Source: Schmidtea polychroa (Eukaryota). From it: a DNA stretch of 60,000 nt. The position numbers and the translations under genes are program-made. The first letter of the stretch is position 1. Each line of letters begins with the position of its first letter. The stretch covers positions 43,092,001 through 43,152,000 of the forward strand of contig CM097885.1 in assembly GCA_044892525.1 (NCBI GenBank). Direction: 5' to 3'. A model generated the notes under the pieces. The model was not told the origin of the DNA. It was given only the letters and a program-made list of their open reading frames with translations, and did no database searches. Shown one piece after another: positions 54,045-60,000 of the stretch.

Positions 54045-55500
54045 CAGCGGTTCTCAAACTTTCTGTATTGCGACCCCAAATTTTAAATGCCGTCTTTTGG
54101 AGATCCACGACCTATATTTTTTTGACAAATAATCGTTATTCAAAAAAAACGTTTAAACAACAAATACTATTTCATTTTCAGCTAATAAAAAAATAAAAAT
54201 TAATAACATTTTCTAGTTATAGTAAATATTAAAATAAATAAAAAATAAAAATAAATAATAAATAAAAAATAAACAACATTTTCTAGTTATAACAATATAA
54301 AAATTAATAAAAAATAAAGATTAATAACCTTTTCTAGTTATATTATTAAGTATTAAAATGAATAAAACATTCAAATATTTTTTAATGTGATGGGTGCGCT
54401 TGCTTTTTAGAGCAAAGTAGCGTTAATTGTGGCTCGATTTCGGAAAGCGCTGGTCTCAATACATTTTCAATATTGCACAATTGAGAGCGATATTTTGATA
54501 TAATATATAATAAAGATGAAAATGCATTTTCTCAGAAATACGTGGTGGAAAATGGCAAAATAATTTGAACTGCCATTTCAGACAAACATGGATACTCTTT
54601 TTTAATTGATAACCAAAAATTTTCAGGAATTTGATTTTGAAATTGTTCTTTCAAACTACTATCGCAGGATAGTTCAGCAAATTCTTCTTTTGTTTTTATG
54701 TCCAAATGTTGTATATATCTAAGTTTTGTATTAAAAGGCTGAATTATCCAATGATGTTGTGAAATATTGAATTCAGAAGAAAAGTATTTTCCAAACTCAG
54801 TTTCAATGGCTGAAAGATGAGAAACAATTAGATTTTTTCTATCGGATATAGTCAATTCATTTTCGTCAATAAAATTCATTGTATTCTGAAACATCTCAAT
54901 TCTAAATTTAGTTTCCAAACATGAAGCTTCTGAACGAATCCCTTAATTTTATCGTACAAATTAATAATATTTGTATGTTTGCCTTGCAAGATAAATTCAA
55001 CTCGTTAAGTTTGTCGAAAATATCAGTCAAATAACATAATTTTAACATAAAGCTTTCGTCACAAAAGAGATCTGCCATAGTTGAATTCATTCCTATCAAA
55101 AATAATCTTATTTCGTCTTTAGCACCAAAACTCTTTTCAAACTTTTGCCTGGTGATAGTCATCTAACTTCAGCGTGCATAAGGAGATTTTTTTAATCTGA
55201 TCCCATATCCTTACATAGTTGGGAAAAAAGACGACTATTAAGTGCATCGCATTTTATAAAGTTAATAACACATATAACTTCTTTCAAAACATGGTTTAAA
55301 TCAGGTGAAAGTTTTTTACTCACTAATGCCTCACGATGAATCATACAATGGGTAAATGTTATTTTTGAACCCCCTGGCAGTTGCTTAATTCGTGTGAAAA
55401 GCCCATTTAGTTTACCTGCCATTGCAGCAACACCATCACAACAGACACCCATGCAGTGCTCCCATAACAGCTGATTTTCTTTAAACAAATTGTTCAGTAC
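54045..55500 (-). mobile_element. Buster/Charlie-type hAT transposon (3' half), transposase pseudogene interrupted by a gypsy element
   Basis: Terminus CAGCGGTTCTCAAACT next to ATCTATGT (nnnTAnnn target). Peptides CCDGVAAMAG, HCMIHREAL, LCYLTDIFDKLNELN, LPFSTTY and QAHPSH* (stop 54382-54384). Confidence 0.92.
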
Positions 55501-56089
55501 TGTTATGTTAGGAGGTTCCTATTATATTTGTGTGATAATATTATTTAGTTGTTAAGTTAATGTTGTCTTATGCGTGTAATGAGAAATTTGATGAGCCCGA
55601 AAGAGTCACCGATAAAAACTTGTAGCGGGACAATCGGGGTGCGTGTTATGTTCAAAATATAAGATTTACAAACAATATAAAGTTATAGATATAATGTAAA
55701 ACAATAATAAATGTTACAACTTTTAAAATTTATTACAACAAAGAAATAAAACCTCGTATCTATCTTGGATGTTCTTGAAATATACTTCCAAATATTTTCT
55801 TTGATTTTCTTTCTGTACAATAAACTCTACTTAAAAGTCTTTGGTAAAGAAATGAATTTTCTGTTCTCAAAACTAATACAAATTATCGTTTCCATATTCT
55901 ATTCGTCATTGATTTTTTTATTTTCAATTTTTTTTACTATAGCGATAATTTACTATAGTAAATTATCGCTATATAGTTTATTTTTAAAAATCTGGATTTC
56001 CCAGATGGTAATATTTTATATTTTAGTATACACAATTCCTAATTGTGAATACTAAAATATTAACAAAAATAACTGTACATTACATAACT
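55501..56089 (-). repeat. 3' LTR (589 bp) of the minus-strand gypsy element
   Basis: Inverted termini AGTTATGT...ACATAACA on the - strand, preceded by PPT AAAGGGGGA. Confidence 0.85.
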
Positions 56090-56324
56090 TCCCCCTTTAA
56101 AACCGGAGGTTAACATGAATCAATAAAAAGTACGTAAAAAAAAATTACATTCAATAACCTTTTTTTTCGTATGTTTTATATGTTTTTGTGTTTTTTTTTG
56201 TTTCTTTGTATCTACAACTTCAATAAAATTAAAAATTTACATTTTGTTTTGTATTTACAAGAAAAATAAAAACTGTACAATTAACGCTGTTTGTGCGTGT
56301 GTTTGTTTGTGTATGTTTGTGTTT

Positions 56325-59300
56325 TTATTTAAAGCATTCGCTGTAACGTTTTTTGTATAGTGGAGTCAGTATTGTGTCTTTGTCAAATATTTTGATTGAA
56401 TTTTTGTGGTTGAATGTGATGTTTTTGTGAATTGGTTGTTTTTTTGTTTGTGTTTGGGTTTGTGTTTTGTCTTGCGGTGAGTTGTTTTGTGGGTTTTTGT
56501 TTTGGTGATAGGGTTTTATTCGTCTTATGTTTATTTTCATTTTGTTGTTGTTTTTGATTATTGTGGCGACGTTTTTGTTAATTTCTAGGAGTTTGAATGG
56601 ACCCTCGTATTTGGATTCAAATCCTTTTGTGAATGGTTTTTTTATTAGGATGAAATCTGTTGTTAATACTATTTTTCCGTCTAATTCGGAGTCCGGTCTT
56701 CTTTTTAAAATTCCTTTTGGTTTCTGTTCGGTGGTTTCGCTATTTTTGTTTGTTATTTGTTTGCTGTTTTCGGTGTTTTTGTTTGTATCTGATTTAAGTG
56801 ATGGCAAGTTTGTTGCTTTTCCGAAAATTTTGTATGCTGGACTTTCATTATCTGTTGAATTTGGGCTATTTCGTAGTCCGATTAATATTGTTGGAAGTTG
56901 GTTTAACCAGTTTTGGTCATTGGCTTTTGTCCTGATGCTTTCTTTTAATGTTCTGTGAAACCGTTCGATTTTCCCATTTGATTGTGGGTTGTAAGCTGTT
57001 GTTCGATTTCTTTTGATATTGTATTTATTGCACAGTATTTTGAACATTTCTGATTCGAATTGTCTGCCTTGATCAGTTATGATTGTTTTCGGTTGGCCGT
57101 AACGAGCTATCCAGTTTAGTTCGATCATTTCGCAGATATTTTTTGCTGTGATTTCTTTTATTGGGATCGCTTCGAACCAATTGGTTTTTCTGTCTATAAT
57201 TGTTAGTAGATATTTGTAGTTGTCGTTTGGTGGTAGTGGTCCTACTACGTCTGTGTGTATTGTTTCAAACGCTTCACTGCTTGGGAAGTTTACTTTTTGT
57301 GTTTTAGGTTTTTTTGTTGTTTTATTTAATTGGCAGCTGTGGCAATTTTTGACGTAATTCTTGATGTCTTCCCGCATGTGAGGCCATACATATTTGTTAT
57401 GTATTAACTCGAATGTTATTTTGTTTCCCGGATGATTGATAGTATGTATCTTTTTTATGCAGTCTTGTCGGAGTTCTTCGGGTAGTAGGATTCGTTTGTT
57501 GCTTTCGTTGGAGACATCGTGCCATATTCCGTCGAGTTCCTGTAGTTTCAGGCTGTGTTTAGTAGGCAGTTTGCTTAATGTATCGGTTTGTCTGGATTTG
57601 ATTTGATCCAATTCAATTATTTCTCCGAATTCTAGGGCGTTTATGTCACTTTCAATTCTGGATAGAGCATCTGCTGCTATGTTTGATTTTCCTGCTACGT
57701 AGTTTATTGTGCAGTTGAATTGTGAAATGAAATTGATTTGTCTGATCTGCCTTGGTGAAGGGTTTTTCATTTCTATTGCATTTGTTAGCGGTTTGTGGTC
57801 TGTGAATATTTTGAAGGTTCGTCCTTCGAGTAAATGTTGAAAGTGTTTGATTGCTTCGTGTATTGCTAGGAGTTCTCTGTCAAATGTTGAGTATCTTGTT
57901 TGATGTGATTTTAGTTTTTTCGAGAAAAATCCCAATGGTTGTTTGCCGAATTTATTTTCCTGGAAAATTGTTGCGCCCATTGCAAAACCAGAACAGTCTG
58001 TAGTTAGTTGATACTCTAGTTCTGAATCTGGGTAACCGAGTAGTGTTGCCGTTGATAGGCTTTCTTTGGCTTTATTGAATGTGTCGGTTGTTTGTTGTGT
58101 CCAGTTTATTGTTACGTTTCGTTTGGTTTTGATAATGTCGTTTAGTGGTGCCAGTAGGTTGCTGCAATTTGGGATGTAAGAATGATAAAAGTTTACCATT
58201 CCTAGAAATCTCCTCAACTCTCTTGTGTTTGTCGGCAGTTTGTAGTTTTTTATATTGTTTATTTTGTTTTCTATTGGTTGTGTTCCTTTGTCGTTTAGCG
58301 TGTGACCAAGGAAATTTATTTCCGTTTTCATAAATTCGCACTTTTGAGTGTTTATTTTTAGTTTTGCATTGTCCAGCGTTTTGAACACTTTTTCCACGTC
58401 CTTTAGATGTGTTTCTTTGTCTGGGCTTGTTATTAGGATGTCGTCCAGATAAGCGATTGTGTTTTTGTTGTTTTTCATTGTTTGATCCATGAATCGTTGG
58501 AAAGTTGCTGCGGCATTTCGTAGACCGAAAGGCATTCGGTTGTATTCGAACATGCCGATCGGTGTTGTTATTGCTGTCTTTTTTATGTCCTCTTTTCTAA
58601 TTGGGATCTGATGATATGCTTTTTGTAGGTCAATTTTTGAAAAATATTTTGCGCCATTTAGTCGATTTATTATGTCTTTTATTATCGGTAATGGATAGCT
58701 GTCGGGCTCTGTTATTTTGTTCAGGAGTCTGTAATCGCCACAAGCTCTCCATTCCCCGTTAGCTTTTTGTTTTAGCATCAGTGCTGAAGACCATTCTGAG
58801 TTTGAATGTTTTACTATATTATTTTCCAACAGTTCGTTAAATATATTTTTTGTGATTTCTATTTTTTTTGGATCCAGTGGTCTTACTTTTGAGTGGACTG
58901 GGTTTCCGTTTGTCAGTATTGCGTGTTCAGTAGTGTGGTTTGAATTTCCATCGAAAGTTACTGGTTCGCAGAGTTTATCGTATTTTGCCAGTAGTGTGAC
59001 TATTTCTGGTACGTGTTCAATAGTTTTAATTGTTTTGATAGTTGGTGTACTTGTTTGAATCACGCCGATGTCTACTTTCGAAAAGTTTGATGTTGTGTTC
59101 CTGGCTGTTTCTTTGTCTGTTTTGTTATTTTCGACTATTTTCTTGTTTCGACAGTCCACTATTAGGTTGTAATTTGCTAAGAAATCGGCCCCGATTATTG
59201 ACTGTTGTACTTCTGCGATTGTGAATGACCAATTGTATTTTTTTGAATTTATTGTGAGTGTTATTGTATGTTGGCCAAATGTTTTAATTTTGGAGCCATT

Positions 59301-59474
59301 GGCAGCGGTTAGTGACTTTTCTGTAGTTTTTGCATTTGTGTATAAGTAGTGTGGTAATAGGGAGATCACGGAACCTGTGTCGATTAGAAAATCTGTATTG
59401 TTTGAATGCACCGTGAAAGTATTATTGTTGTCACCAAATGTGGGTGCTATCAATGGTGACATTTTTAGTTTTCC
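56325..59474 (-). CDS. pol: Pol polyprotein (PR-RT-RNase H-IN), uninterrupted
   Basis: FLIDTGS, YLDDILI, YSTFDRELLAI, TDHKPL, ADALSR, HHCC, DVVGP/TDQG/GKIERFHR and EGPF motifs. Confidence 0.97.
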   Translation of the reverse strand, partial: GKLKMSPLIAPTFGDNNNTFTVHSNNTDFLIDTGSVISLLPHYLYTNAKTTEKSLTAANGSKIKTFGQHTITLTINSKKYNWSFTIAEVQQSIIGADFLANYNLIVDCRNKKIVENNKTDKETARNTTSNFSKVDIGVIQTSTPTIKTIKTIEHVPEIVTLLAKYDKLCEPVTFDGNSNHTTEHAILTNGNPVHSKVRPLDPKKIEITKNIFNELLENNIVKHSNSEWSSALMLKQKANGEWRACGDYRLLNKITEPDSYPLPIIKDIINRLNGAKYFSKIDLQKAYHQIPIRKEDIKKTAITTPIGMFEYNRMPFGLRNAAATFQRFMDQTMKNNKNTIAYLDDILITSPDKETHLKDVEKVFKTLDNAKLKINTQKCEFMKTEINFLGHTLNDKGTQPIENKINNIKNYKLPTNTRELRRFLGMVNFYHSYIPNCSNLLAPLNDIIKTKRNVTINWTQQTTDTFNKAKESLSTATLLGYPDSELEYQLTTDCSGFAMGATIFQENKFGKQPLGFFSKKLKSHQTRYSTFDRELLAIHEAIKHFQHLLEGRTFKIFTDHKPLTNAIEMKNPSPRQIRQINFISQFNCTINYVAGKSNIAADALSRIESDINALEFGEIIELDQIKSRQTDTLSKLPTKHSLKLQELDGIWHDVSNESNKRILLPEELRQDCIKKIHTINHPGNKITFELIHNKYVWPHMREDIKNYVKNCHSCQLNKTTKKPKTQKVNFPSSEAFETIHTDVVGPLPPNDNYKYLLTIIDRKTNWFEAIPIKEITAKNICEMIELNWIARYGQPKTIITDQGRQFESEMFKILCNKYNIKRNRTTAYNPQSNGKIERFHRTLKESIRTKANDQNWLNQLPTILIGLRNSPNSTDNESPAYKIFGKATNLPSLKSDTNKNTENSKQITNKNSETTEQKPKGILKRRPDSELDGKIVLTTDFILIKKPFTKGFESKYEGPFKLLEINKNVATIIKNNNKMKINIRRIKPYHQNKNPQNNSPQDKTQTQTQTKKQPIHKNITFNHKNSIKIFDKDTILTPLYKKRYSECFK

Positions 59475-60000
59475 TGCTCTGTTTTGTGGAATTCGCAGGG
59501 TTTTATGCATTTATATGCTTTGTCGCCAAATTTGTTATGAAAGTAGCAGTGGTTTTTGTTTAGGAAATCTTTTCTTGAATTCCTTTCTGGGCTGCTATTT
59601 CGGTAATTGTTGTATCGATTTGGTGAGTTTGACCGGTTTCTGTAGTGACCGTTTGGGGATTGTCTGTGGCTGTAGTTCTGTCTATTGTTTTCGTTGGGTG
59701 GTCGGTCGTAGTTTTGTCTGTTATGATTGTATGATAGTTGGTCTGTGTTAAAATTGTTTCTGTTGAATAGGTCTCTGTTTTCGTTTGGATTGAAATTTTG
59801 CCTGTTGTATTTCTCTTTTATTTCGGCTAGTTCCGCTTTTATTTGTCTGTTTTCGACAATTATTTCGTCGAATTTGCTGATCAAAGTGTTTATTAATCGG
59901 TTTGTTGTTTCATTTGGTTCTGTGTTTTTGTTGGTTGGTTGGGTGTTGTGATTAGTTTTGTTTCTGTTGTAGTTTTGTGTGCTGCATATAGTAGGATAAA
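59465..60000 (-). CDS. gag: Gag C-terminus with a CHCC finger; -1 frameshift into pol at G GAA AAC
   Basis: CYFHNKFGDKAYKCIKPC fits C-X2-H-X9-C-X3-C; the frame ends CAG GAA AAC TAA with pol in the -1 frame. Confidence 0.9.
   Translation of the reverse strand, partial: YPTICSTQNYNRNKTNHNTQPTNKNTEPNETTNRLINTLISKFDEIIVENRQIKAELAEIKEKYNRQNFNPNENRDLFNRNNFNTDQLSYNHNRQNYDRPPNENNRQNYSHRQSPNGHYRNRSNSPNRYNNYRNSSPERNSRKDFLNKNHCYFHNKFGDKAYKCIKPCEFHKTEQEN

Larger units (their letters stand above)
55501..60000 (-). mobile_element. CsRn1/Boudicca-type Ty3/gypsy LTR retrotransposon (5' end outside the window)
   Basis: 3' LTR, PPT, intact pol and a gag CHCC motif. Confidence 0.93.

Overview
This is very AT-rich eukaryotic DNA, mostly transposon-derived; the repeat spectrum suggests a flatworm/planarian-like invertebrate (inference). 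One host gene is present: an 8-exon CDP-diacylglycerol synthase (phosphatidate cytidylyltransferase, about 453 aa, 15614-35986, +). Its introns hold mariner, hAT and piggyBac relics. Upstream lie hAT, piggyBac and Tigger derivatives, two head-to-head solo LTRs and a composite low-complexity repeat. The main feature is a complete 14.5-kb Ty3/gypsy LTR element (37556-52093) with 1040-bp near-identical LTRs, a GTTC target duplication and a tRNA-Trp primer site. Correcting 3 single-base frameshifts and 2 stops gives one polyprotein of about 3250 aa: Gag with 4 CCHC knuckles, two ubiquitin-like domains, an AT-hook, a signal peptide plus chuvirus-like glycoprotein placed between gag and protease, PR-RT-RNase H-IN, then a second signal peptide plus an FN3-like type I membrane protein. 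A separate 3' ORF carries a REX4/ISG20-like (DEDDh-fold) domain with degenerate catalytic residues. The window ends with an intact-pol CsRn1-type gypsy element (- strand) inserted in a Buster-type hAT transposase. All homology calls were made by eye; no database searches were run.
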